The notes under the pieces: generated by a model
What the model saw: the letters and a program-made list of their open reading frames with translations, nothing else
Database searches by the model: none
What the model was told of the DNA's origin: nothing
NCBI GenBank assembly: GCA_964016885.1
Contig: OZ024759.1
Coordinates: 12,958,001-13,022,000 of the forward strand
Length of the DNA stretch: 64,000 nucleotides
Direction of reading: 5' to 3'
Source of the DNA: Eledone cirrhosa
Lineage: Eukaryota
Position numbers and translations under genes: made by a program
Shown here: positions 37,495 through 49,824 of the stretch, in pieces
Position numbering within the stretch: the stretch's first letter is position 1
Layout of the letters: each line of letters starts with the position of its first letter

Positions 37495-38260
37495 TCTAAA
37501 CTATAATAAAGTAAGGAGTGCAGGACTGCGATGGTTCATCATTTTTTATCCCATTAGTAAAATAAGTTGGATTACTTTGAATAAATAATTGTTGCTACTT
37601 TTGGCACAAGGCCAGCAATTACCCAGTGTATTACTGGTACTTTATTTTATCGACCCCGTAAGGATGAAAGGCAAAGTCAACCTCGGCGGGATTTGAACTC
37701 AGATCGTAAAGGGACGTAACTATGCTGGAAAGCATGGCGTCCGACCCTCTACCGATACTGCCAATTCACTGCCCTTTGAATAAATAATTGTTGCTACTTT
37801 AGGCACAAGGCCAGCAATTACCCAGTGTATTACTGGTACTTTATTTTATCGACCCCGTAAGAATGAAAGGCAAAGTCAACCTCGGCGGGATTTGAACTCA
37901 GATCGTAAAGGGACGTAACTATGCTGGAAAGCATGGCGTCCGACCCTCTACCGATACTGCCAATCCACCGCCATACCGCCCTTTGAATAAATAATTGTTT
38001 CTACTTTTGGCACAAGGCCAGCAATTATCCAGTACATTACTGGTACTTTATTTTATCGACCCCATAAGGATGAAAGGCAAAGTTAACCTCGGCGGGATTT
38101 GAACTCAGAATGGCAAGGGCCGTAACTCTATGCGTCAAAGCATGGCGTCCAACCCTCTACCGATACTGCCAATTCACCGCCCTTTGAATAAATAATGAAT
38201 GAATATTACATAATTTATCTACTAAATTTCGTGGCTGTTGATTAAATATATTTTATTATT
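37495..38260 (+). mobile_element. Helitron 5' fragment interrupted by three head-to-tail family B SINEs (minus strand, 37590-38181)
   Basis: A|TCTAAACTATAATAAAG start; the 15-bp target CTTTGAATAAATAAT occurs four times (37575, 37774, 37981, 38182). Confidence 0.85.
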
Positions 38261-38264
38261 TATT

Positions 38265-38920
38265 TTGGTGCTACAATAGAAAGCACCCAGTCCACACTGT
38301 AATGTGGTAGTGTTGGTGCTACAATAGAAAGCACCCAGTCCACACTGTAATGTGGTAGTGTTGGTGCTACAATAGAAAGCACCCAGTCCACACTGTAATG
38401 TGGTAGTGTTGGTGCTACAATAGAAAGCACCCAGTCCACACTGTAATGTGGTAGTGTTGGTGCTACAATAGAAAGCACCCAGTCCACACTGTAATGTGGT
38501 AGTGGTAGTGTTGGTGCTACAATAGAAAGCACCCAGTCCACACTGTAATGTGGTAATGTTGGTACTACAATAGAAAGCACCCAGTCCACACTGTAATGTG
38601 GTAATGTTGGTACTACAATAGAAAGCACCCAGTCCACACTGTAATGTGGTAATGTTGGTACTACAATAGAAAGCACCCAGTCCACACTGTAATGTGGTAG
38701 TGATGGTGCTACAATAGAAAGCACCCAGTCCACTCTGTAATGTGGTTGTGGTAGTGTTGGTGCCATCATGAAAAAGCACCCAGTCCACACAGCTATAGAA
38801 ACCAAGCTAGAAAGGGTTCTGTATGAACAAGACACGATCATCTGATCTCCTTTGTCTCACACCTGGACAACTTGTCTAACCCATGCTAGCATGGAAAACA
38901 GACGTTAGACAATGGCGATG
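38265..38920 (+). repeat. 48-bp minisatellite (~11 copies) from the RTE/SINE 3'UTR module, followed by the tail
   Basis: Core GCACCCAGTCCACACTGTAA. Confidence 0.9.
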
Positions 38921-39026
38921 GCTATTAGAGCGAGTCTGAGTTTGAATTTCAATGTTTCAAACTAAAATATATCACCGATACCAGTAAGAATACCAGGGTT
39001 GATATGATCAACTAAATCTCTTCCAG

Positions 39027-39920
39027 GTGGTGCTCCAGTATGGCCACAGTCTAACGACAGAAACCAGTAAAAGAATGTGGTGCCCCAGCATGGCCGCAGT
39101 CTAGTGACAAAAACCAGTAAAAGAATGTGGTGCCCCAGCATGGCCGCAGTCTAACGACAGAAACCAGTAAAAGAATGTGGTGCCCCAGCATGGCCACTGT
39201 CTAGTGACAAAAACCAGTAAAAGAATGTGGTGCCCCAGCATGGCCACTGTCTAGTGACAAAAACCAGTAAAAGAATGTGGAGCCCCAGCATGGCCACTGT
39301 CTAGTGACAAAAACCAGTAAAAGAATGTGGAGCCCCAGCATGGCCACTATCTAGTGACAAAAAGCAGTAAAAGAATGTGGTGCCCCAGCATGGCCGCAGT
39401 CTAACGACAGAAACCAGTAAAAGAATGTGGTGCCCCAGCATGGCCACTGTCTAGTGACAAAAACCAGTAAAAGAATGTGGTGCCCCAGCATGGCCACTGT
39501 CTAGTGACAAAAACCAGTAAAAGAATGTGGAGCCCCAGCATGGCCACTGTCTAGTGACAAAAACCAGTAAAAGAATGTGGAGCCCCAGCATGGCCACTAT
39601 CTAGTGACAAAAAGCAGTAAAAGAATGTGGTGCCCCAGCATGGCCGCAGTCTAACGACAAAAACCAGTAAAAGAATGTGGTGCCCCAGCATGGCCACTGT
39701 CTAGTGACAAAAACCAGTAAAAGAATGTGGTGCCCCAGCATGGCCACTGTCTAGTGACAAAAACCAGTAAAAGAATGTGGAGCCCCAGCATGGCCACTGT
39801 CTAGTGACAAAAACCAGTAAAAGAATGTGGAGCCCCAGCATGGCCACTATCTAGTGACAAAAAGCAGTAAAAGAATGTGGTGCCCCAGCATGGCCACTGT
39901 CTAGTGACAAAAAACAGAAC
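39027..39920 (+). repeat. 50-bp minisatellite (~18 copies) from a SINE 3' tail
   Basis: Unit GTGGTGCCCCAGCATGGCCACTGTCTAGTGACAAAAACCAGTAAAAGAAT; a single-copy relative lies at 7205-7255. Confidence 0.92.
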
Positions 39921-40328
39921 AATAAAAGATAGTTAAATATATTACAATAGTTCCACACACACACACTAACACACACACTAACAAACACACACACTAACAC
40001 ACACTAACAAACACACACAGTTTCCAACTTCAGATGAATGGAATTTCTTAAAGAGTACAAAAATAATATATATATAAATATATGTGTGTGTGTGCGTGTG
40101 TGTGTGTGTTAAATGTATTCATTGCCTTTGTTGTGGACAGTTAAATAGTGTTGTTGTTGTTGTTGTTGTTTAGTTTAGTTAATTAAACCATTGATTCAGT
40201 TTAGTGAAATATTTGGAACAGCTGGCTAGATTGTCAGATTAAATACAAAGAGGAAATACAACTTATAACATATACAGATATTTAACCTTAGATAACCTAT
40301 TGTTACTAACAGAGGAATCACTACTTAA

Positions 40329-42635
40329 CCCTTTACCATTTACATCACTCTATATATATACTATTATATTTTCATGGTAAAGGCTTTACCTCACATAACA
40401 TTTACATTACTCTATATATACTATTATATTTTCATGGTAAAGGCTTTACCTCACATAACATTTACATTACTCTATATATACTATTATATTTTCACAGTAA
40501 AGGCTTTACCTCACATAACATTTACATTACTCTATATATACTATTATATTTTCATGGTAAAGGCTTTACCTCACATAACATTTACATTACTCTATATATA
40601 CTATTATATTTTCATGGTAAAGGCTTTACCTCACATAACATTTACATTACTCTATATATACTATTATATTTTCATGGTAAAGGCTTTACCTCACATAACA
40701 TTTACATTACTCTATATATACTATTATATTTTCATGGTAAAGGCTTTACCTCACATAATATTTACATTACTCTATATATACTATTATATTTTCATGGTAA
40801 AGGCTTTACCTCACATAACATTTACATTACTCTATATATACTATTATATTTTCATGGTAAAGGCTTTACCTCACATAACATTTACATCACTCTATATATA
40901 CTATTATATTTTCATGGTAAAGGCTTTACCTCACATAACATTTACATTACTCTATATATACTATTATATTTTCATGGTAAAGGCTTTACCTCACATAACA
41001 TTTACATTACTCTATATATACTATTATATTTTCATGGTAAAGGCTTTACCTCACATAACATTTACATTACTCTATATATACTATTATATTTTCATGGTAA
41101 AGGCTTTACCTCACATAACATTTATATTACTCTATATATACTATTATATTTTCATGGTAAAGGCTTTACCTCACATAATATCTCACATAACATTTACATT
41201 ACTCTATATATACTATTGTATTTTCATGGTAAAGGCTTTACCCCACATATCTCACATAACATTTACATTACTCTATATATACTATTGTATTTTCATGGTA
41301 AAGGCTTTACCTCACATATCTCACATAACATTTACATTACTCTATATATACTATTGTATTTTCATGGTAAAGGCTTTACCTCACATATCTCACATAACAT
41401 TTACATTACTCTATATATACTATTGTATTTTCACAGTAAAGGCTTTACCTCACATAATATCTCACATAACATTTACATTACTCTATATATACTATTATAT
41501 TTTCATGGTAAAGGCTTTACCTCACATAACATTTACATTACTCTATATATACTATTATATTTTCATGGTAAAGGCTTTACCTCACATAACATTTACATTA
41601 CTCTATATATACTATTATATTTTCATGGTAAAAGCTTTACCTCACATAACATTTATATTACTCTATATATACTATTATATTTTCATGGTAAAGGCTTTAC
41701 CTCACATAATATCTCACATAACATTTACATTACTCTATATATACTATTATATTTTCATGGTAAAGGCTTTACCTCACATAATATCTCACATAACATTTAC
41801 ATTACTCTATATATACTATTATATTTTCATGGTAAAGGCTTTACCTCACATAATATCTCACATAACATTTACATTACTCTATATATACTATTGTATTTTC
41901 ATGGTAAAGGCTTTACCCCACATATCTCACATAACATTTACATTACTCTATATATACTATTGTATTTTCATGGTAAAGGCTTTACCTCACATATCTCACA
42001 TAACATTTACATTACTCTATATATACTATTGTATTTTCATGGTAAAGGCTTTACCTCACATATCTCACATAACATTTACATTACTCTATATATACTATTG
42101 TATTTTCACAGTAAAGGCTTTACCTCACATATCTCACATAACATTTACATTACGCTCTATTTACTATTGTATTTTCACAGTAAAGGCTTTACCTCACATA
42201 ATATCTCACATAACATTTACATTACTCTATATATACTATTGTATTTTCAGTGAAGGCTTTACCTCACATATCTCACATAACATTTACATTACTCTATATA
42301 TACTATTGTATTTTCACAGTAAAGGCTTTACCTCACATAATATCTCACATAACATTTACATTACTCTATATATACTATCGTATTTTCACAGTGAAGGCTT
42401 TACCTCACATAATATCTCACATAACATTTACATTACTCTATATATACTATTGTATTTTCACGGTAAATGCTTTACCTCATAATTATCTCACATAATAGCC
42501 AATCTATGAAATTTTAATATTATTTATTTTGAGAACAAAACCTTAACATCAGTATGAGTGGCTGGTTATGGCCAGTTTGAACAGAAAGAGGTGAGAGAAT
42601 TATGGCCGGATATGGCTGGTTTAAATGCTAAAGGG
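40329..42635 (+). mobile_element. piggyBac-type MITE, copy 3, inflated by a 60/69/72-bp internal array (~33 units)
   Basis: TTAA|CCCTTTACCATTTA ... TAAATGCTAAAGGG|TTAA. Confidence 0.9.
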
Positions 42636-42874
42636 TTAAAGGAGAGTTGGCTGTTATTTCTAGTAGAATAAATAACCACATGGATGGTCTCTTGTTGGCT
42701 AACAAGTTCCTATATTATTTACAAGAGTAAATAAACAGTCAGTGAATGTGTAAAGTTACTTATCCAAGACAGCCATTGATCTGTGTACCATATAGATTGA
42801 TTTAACTAGTACGCTAATCAATAATTGACGAGGAGAACAGACAACATGCTTATCAAATGTTTATTTTACTTACA

Positions 42875-43380
42875 CTGGTGCCACAAAACAAATGCACCCG
42901 GTACACTCTGTAAAGTGGTACTCCTGATGCTACACAATAATACACCCAGTAACGTGGTACTGCTGATGTCATGATAAAATACACCCAGTACACTCTGCAA
43001 AGAAGTAGTGTTGGTGTCATGATAAAACACACCCAGTTCACTCTGTAACGTGGTACTGCTGGTGTCATGATAAAATACACCCAGTACACTCTGTAAAGGG
43101 GTAGTTTTGGTGTCATGATAAAATACACCTAGTACACTCTGTAAAGAGGTACTGCTGATGTTATGATAAAACACACCCAGTACACTCTGTAAAGCGGTAG
43201 TGTTGGTGCCATGATAAAACACACCCAGTACACTCTGTAAAGAGGCACTGCTGGTGTCATGATAAAATACACCCAGTACACTCTGTAAAGGGGTAGTTTT
43301 GGTGTCATGAACAAATGTACCCAGTACACTCTGTAAAACAGTAGGGATGGTGCCATGATAACATATGGCCAGTACACTGC
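42875..43380 (+). repeat. Diverged 48-bp minisatellite from the RTE/SINE 3'UTR module
   Basis: Core CACCCAGTACACTCTGTAA, ~10 copies. Confidence 0.88.
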
Positions 43381-43479
43381 ATGATTTGAACATGACATGG
43401 TTCTAGGAGTCTAGTAACAAGCTTATATTTTTGCTGAGGACCTTTCCAGGTGTAAACCCAGAGTCAGTCATGTTTGAAG

Positions 43480-44045
43480 AGGGTCACCTCCAACTTATAA
43501 GATACACAACTAACCCTTGCTTTAGAGGTCACTTCCCCCTGCGTTAGGGGTTATTCCACCTCACAGAACCCCCTGCAAGGCTAACCCCTTGCTTTAGGAG
43601 TCACCTCTACCTCACAAAACCCCTGCAAGGCTAACCCCCTGCTTTAGGGGTCACCTCTACCTCACAGAACCCCCTGCAAGGCTAACCCCTGCTTCAGAGA
43701 TCACCTCCACCTCAAGGGTCCCCCTGCAAGGCTAACCCCCTGCTTTAGGGGTCACCTCCACCTCACAGAACCCCCTGCAAGGCTAACCCCTGCTCAGAGA
43801 TCACCTCCACCTCACAGAACCCCCTGCAAGGCTAACCCCTGCTCAGAGATCACCTCCACCTCAAGGGACCCCCTGCAAGGCTAACCCCTGCTTCAGAGGT
43901 CACTTCCACCTCAAGGGACCCCCTGGAAGGCTAACCCCCGCTTCAAAGGTCACTTCCACCTCAAGGGACCCCCCCTGCAAGGCTAAACCCTGCTTCAGAG
44001 GTCACCACCACCTCAAGGGACCCCCTGCAAGGCTAACCCATTCTT
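43480..44045. repeat. ~51-bp minisatellite (CCCCTGCAAGGCTAACCCCTGCTTCAGAGGTCACCTCCACCTC...)
   Basis: Direct inspection, ~10 copies; origin unknown. Confidence 0.85.
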
Positions 44046-45027
44046 TAGCAAGGGAACTGTACTTAAAATATATGTAGACAGTATGGCTAGAATGACTGTA
44101 GACTAGGAATGAAATAAAAAACTTCAGTGCAGTTTCTCTCTCTCTCTCTCATTCTCCATGTCTATCTCTCTCTCTTGCTCTGTGTTTCTCTCTCTATCTT
44201 TCTCTATATCTATCTCTATCTTTCTATCTCAGTGTGAGTCTCTCTCTCTCTGTCTCTCTTGCTCTGTGTCTATGTCTATCTCTATGTCTCTCACTCTCGC
44301 TCTGTCTCTTTCTCTCTCTCTCTCTCTCTTGCTCTGTTTCTCTCTCTCTTTCTTGCTCTGTTTCTCTCTCTCTCTCTGTCTATGTGTGTCTCCCGCTCTC
44401 TCTCTCTCTGTCTGTCTCTCTCTCTCTCTCTCTCCCTCTCTCTCACTCTGTGTCTGAGTCTCTCTCCCTCTCTGTGTCTCCCTCTCTCTCACTCTGTGTC
44501 TAAGTCTCTCTCCCTCTCTCTGTCTAAGTCTCCCTCTCTCTCACTCTGTGTCTAAGTCTCTCTCCTTCTCTCTCACTCTGTGTCTAAGTCTCTCTCCCTC
44601 TCTCACTCTGTGTTTAAGTCTCTCTCTCTCTGTCTCCCTCTCTCTGTCTAAGTCTCTCTCCCTCTCTCTCATCAACATGTCAACTGCTACAGTTACAACA
44701 AAACATCAGAGAACAACAAACTGTAAACCATTTACAAGAGAGACAAAGACAGAGAAATTCATTAGTTGCCAGACATCATACCCCCTCCTACTTCCTCACT
44801 CCCTCCTACTTCTCTCACTCTACCCCCTCCTACTTCCTCACTATCACCCACCCTCCTACTTCCTCACTCTCACCTCCCTCCTACTTCCTCACTCTCATCC
44901 CCCTCCTACTTCCTCACTCTCACCTCCCTCCTACTTCTCTCACCCAACCACACACCTACTTCCTCACCAAAACTACCACTGCCTGCTTCTACCAAACAAA
45001 ACCACCAATTTTAAAGGTTTTCTTTAA

Positions 45028-46988
45028 CCCTTTAGCATTTAAACCGGCCATATCCGGCCGGAATTCTCTCGCCCTCTTTCTGTTCAAACCAGCTGTAACA
45101 GGTTTCTCATACTGATATTAAGGTATTGTTCTCAAAATAAATAATATCAAAATCTCATAGATTCGGAATGTGAGATATTACGTGAGATAAAGCCTTTAGG
45201 GTGACAATACAATAGTATATATAGAGTAATGTAAATGTTATGTGAGATATTATGTGAGGTAAAGCCTTTACTGTGACAATACAATAGTATATATAGAGTA
45301 ATGTAAATGTTTTGTGAGATATTATGTAAGGTAAAGCCTTTAGGGTGAAAATACAATAGTATATATAGAGTAATGTAAATGTTTTGTGAGATATTATGTA
45401 AGGTAAAGCCTTTACTGTGAAAATACAATAGTATATATAGAGTAATGTAAATGTTTTGTGAGATATTATGTAAGGTAAAGCCTTTACTGTGAAAATACAA
45501 TAGTATATATAGAGTAATGTAAATGTTTTGTGAGATATTATGTAAGGTAAAGCCTTTACTGTGAAAATACAATAGTATATATAGAGTAATGTAAATGTTT
45601 TGTGAGATATTATGTAAGGTAAAGCCTTTACTGTGAAAATACAATAGTATATATAGAGTAATGTAAATGTTTTGTGAGATATTATGTAAGGTAAAGCCTT
45701 TACTGTGAAAATACAATAGTATATATAGAGTAATGTAAATGTTTTGTGAGATATTATGTAAGGTAAAGCCTTTACTGTGAAAATACAATAGTATATATAG
45801 AGTAATGTAAATGTTTTGTGAGATATTATGTAAGGTAAAGCCTTTACTGTGAAAATACAATAGTATATATAGAGTAATGTAAATGTTATGTGAGATATTA
45901 TGTGAGGTAAAGCCTTTAGGGTGACAATACAATAGTATATATAGAGCAATGTAAATGTTATGTGAGATATTATGTGAGGTAAAGCCTTTAGGGTGACAAT
46001 ACAATAGTATATATAGAGCAATGTAAATGTTATGTGAGATATTATGTGAGGTAAAGCCTTTAGGGTGACAATACAATAGTATATATAGAGTAATGTAAAT
46101 GTTATGTGAGATATTATGTGAGGTGAAGTCTTTACTGTGACAATACAATAGTATATATAGAGTAATGTAAATGTTATGCGAGATATTATGTGAGGTGAAG
46201 TCTTTACTGTGACAATACAATAGTATATATAGAGTAATGTAAATGTTATGTGAGATATTATGTGAGGTGAAGTCTTTACTGTGAAAATATAATAGTTTTG
46301 TTTACTCGAGAGAAGACTACGTTGGTATGGCCACGTGATACGCATGAAAGACGACAGCTGTATAAAAAAGTGCAGGGCGATAAAAATAAACAGTAGCCAC
46401 GGAGTAGGTAGACCCGGAAAAACCTGGGACGACTTGCTAAATTCCGACCTCACACACTTACACCTCTCCAAGACAATGTCACTGGACCGAGATCTTTGGC
46501 GCTACACAGTAATACAGAAGACCCGCCTTGCCTAAGTACAAAGCGAAACCTACAGTCAGTGGGCACCTCTAACAAAAATACACGCCCGCCCCATCTACAC
46601 CACCCCTTTCGATGTAAAGTTATGTTGGTACCACAACAACCAGGCCGAAATAAATGAGGTCGTGTAGGTGTCACAAAAAAAAAAAACACACAGTCCAAGC
46701 TGTAATGTGGCCGTGTAGGCAACACGGTAAAAACCTCCCAGCCCCACACTGTAAACGTGGTTGGTGCTAGGAAGGGCATCCAGCCGTAGAAAACCCGCCA
46801 GACAGTCCTATATGAGCAAGACAACCAATCTTGCCTCAAGTGGGAAAACTCCCGTCCAAACCCATGCAAGCATGGAAGATGGACGTTAAACGATGATGAT
46901 GATATAGAGTAATGTAAATGTTATGTGAGGTAAAGCCTTTACCATGAAAATATAACAGGAAATATAGAGTAATGTAAATGCTAAAGGG
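45028..46988 (-). mobile_element. piggyBac-type MITE, copy 4, with 72-bp array and a nested RTE 3' fragment (+, ~46298-46903)
   Basis: 14-bp TIR CCCTTTAGCATTTA at both ends, TTAA at 45024-45027 and 46989-46992. Confidence 0.9.
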
Positions 46989-46992
46989 TTAA

Positions 46993-47200
46993 TAATTGTT
47001 TCCAGTTTAGGCACAAGGCCAGCAATCTGATGGGGAGGGGAAAGTCGATTAAATCGACCTCAGTGCCTTACTTGTGCTTTATTTTGTCGAACCCGTAAGG
47101 ATAAAAGGCAAAGATTTGAACTTAGATCGTAAAGGACTGTACCTCTAAGCCACAAAGCAGGGTGATGATGCTCTACTGATACTGCTAATCCACTGCCAAT
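46993..47200 (-). mobile_element. Nin-domain SINE (family B), diverged
   Basis: Matches the family consensus. Confidence 0.75.
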
Positions 47201-47299
47201 TTTAGTAAATTCTGGACCAGAGATTCACCTACTGAGGCCCTAAGCTATATGAAATTTCAGGGAAGTAACGTTACTTGATAAAGTGCATAGCTCGGAGAT

Positions 47300-48435
47300 C
47301 AGAGAGTGACTCCAGGTAGAGTGGGTACTTCTCCAAATTGAGAGATCACAGATCTGATACTATGAACATTTCATTAGAATGTCTGAGGAAAGAATAGCTG
47401 GATAAATTTTACAGGCAAAACCAACTGGCAGGAGACACAGGGGTAGACCCTGAGCAAAGATGGTTGGATAACATCCATGAGCTTGGCTGGTCTGGCTTGG
47501 GGATCCAGCTGGATCAATTGGAGACAGTTGCTTCTGACAGGACCTGCTTGGATGGAGTGTTTGAGGACTCTGCCCCCATGACGTTCTCAGTAATAAGTGG
47601 GCGAAGAAGAAGAGACCCAGGGGTAGACCTCGAACAAGATGGTTGGATAACATCCACGAGCTTGGATAGTCTGGCTTAGGGATCCAGCTGCATCAGTTGG
47701 AGTTGGTTGTTTCGGGCAGGACCCACTGGAAGGAGTGTTTGGGGACTCTGCCAAGAATAAATGGGAGAAGAAGAGGCAGGACCCACTGGAAGGAGTGTTT
47801 GAGGACTCTGCCAAGAATAAATGGGAGAAGAAGAGGCAGGACCCACTGGAAGGAGTGTTTGGGGACTCTGCCAAGAATAAATGGGAGAAGAAGAGGCAGG
47901 ACCCACTGGAAGGAGTGTTTGGGGACTCTGCCAAGAATAAATGGGAGAAGAAGAGGCAGGACCCACTGGAAGTAGTGTTTGAGGACTCTGCCAAGAATAA
48001 ATGGGAGAAGAAGAGGCAGGACCCACTGGAAGGAGTGTTTGAGGACTCTGCCAAGAATAAATGGGAGAAGAAGAGGCAGGACCCACTGGAAGGAGTGTTT
48101 GGGGACTCTGCCAAGAATAAATGGGAGAAGAAGAGACAGGACCCACTGGAAGGAGTGTTTGGGGACTCTTCCAAGAATAAATGGGAGAAGAAGAGGCAGG
48201 ACCCACTGGAAGGAGTGTTTGGGGACTCTGCCAAGAATAAATGGGAGAAGAAGAGACCCAGAGGCAGACCGTGAGCAAGATGGCTGGATAACATCCATGA
48301 GCTTGGCTAGTCTGGCTTGGGGATCCAGCCGGATCATTTGGAGACAGTTGTTTCTGACAGGACCCACTGGAAAGAATGTTTGAGGATTCTTCCCCCATGA
48401 CCCTCTCAGAAATAAGTAGGCGAAGAAGAAGAATC
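47300..48435 (+). mobile_element. Second RTE-like LINE 3' end, duplicated, with a 60-bp array (~9 copies, 47715-48260)
   Basis: HFIRMSEERIAG*ILQAKPTGRRHRGRP*...WLDNI; (GAA)n tail. Confidence 0.78.
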
Positions 48436-48506
48436 CTGTCTCTAAAGAAATTCAAGTAAAAATAATTTCTTTAATAATCCCACATGACTATTATCTTTTA
48501 TATGAA

Positions 48507-49021
48507 CTAGCAGAAAAACCACCCTTCGGGTGGTTTTCTGCTAGCGTGTGTAGTGTGTATATTGATATTATACGCAGGTATATATACATGTAGATATGAT
48601 ACATCAAATAAAATCATAATTGACAATATACACAGAAATTGAACGAAGACTGTGTTACACTGTCTTATGTAATCAGTAACGTAATCCATGATACATTAAA
48701 AAAGACGATATTATATATAAACTGCATTAGGAGAAAATTAGTATGTTTATTTAAGTGATCGCCACCGGAAGTGTTGACATCACACACTCTCTCTTTCTAT
48801 ATATATGGTAGTTGAAGTGGTGGTGGTGGCAACAATATACCGGAAGTGCAACTTTGAAAAGAAGTCAATTTTAAATTATTTATTTTTACGAAATTTAGTA
48901 GATAAATTATGTAATATTCATTCATTATTTATTCAAAGAAATTCAACTTATTTTACAAACGGGATAAAAAATAAAAAAAACTGTACGCAGTCCCGCAGAC
49001 CTTCCTTTATTATAGTTTAGA
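48507..49021 (-). mobile_element. Complete non-autonomous Helitron (515 bp)
   Basis: Minus strand A|TCTAAACTATAATAAAGG ... hairpin CCACCCGAAGGGTGG ... CTAG|T; inserted between A and T with no TSD. Confidence 0.88.
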
Positions 49022-49119
49022 TGTTAATAATACATAATAAATATTTATTAACCACAAAGGGTTACATTGAGTAAAATATTTAAAACAGAACAGAACATAA
49101 AATGCTTGTATGGGTGTTG

Positions 49120-49152
<33 letters not shown>

Positions 49153-49824
49153 GATGGATGCGTGTGTGTGTTGATGTATGAGTGTGTGTGTGTGTTGTGT
49201 GTGTGTGTTGATGTATGTATGTGTGGGTGTGTGTGTGTGTGTGTTGATGTATGTGTGTGTGTGTGTGTTGATGTATGTATATGTGTGTGTGTATTTGGTG
49301 ATGATGATGATGTGTTGTTTAGAAAATGTCTGCAGCAGAAATGTTAAAAAACTAATTTATCTAAATAGTTTAGTTTATGGAAGACTGGAAGTCCATAGGG
49401 AATAAGGTAATTACTGGAAGTCCTTAGGGAATAAGGTAATTACAAATAGATGGATTTAGTTGTAATGTTTTCTACCATAGTACTATTATATATGGTAAGT
49501 AGGCAGTTACATAATTCCCTGATTAGAAGAGAGTGGTGGTGGTGGTGAGGTGATGATTGTCTTGGTGGTGGTGGCAGTGGTGTTGATCGGAATGGTGACA
49601 GGGGTGATGGTGGAGGTGATGTTGGTGGTAGTGGTGTTGGTGATGATTTTGATGGTAGGGGTGATGGTTGTATTTGTGGTGGTGATTGGAGTGGTGGCAG
49701 GGAGAGTGGTGGTGGTTGGAGTTGTGACAGGGGTGTTGGTAGTGGTGGGGATAATGGTGGTGGTGATTGTAGTGATGGTGGTAGTAGAGTGTGGTGTAGT
49801 TTTGTAGCAAGACATTGTTGAAAA

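Noticed and set aside
40374-42482. 702-aa ORF (and related 438, 357 and 345 aa ORFs)
   Set aside because: By-product of MITE-internal repeats whose unit lengths are multiples of 3; no protein-like complexity.
42875-43380. CRISPR-like constant-plus-variable pattern (also 38265-38790, 58255-59330)
   Set aside because: Variable parts are homologous to each other, the repeat is a LINE 3'UTR module, the DNA is eukaryotic and there are no cas genes.
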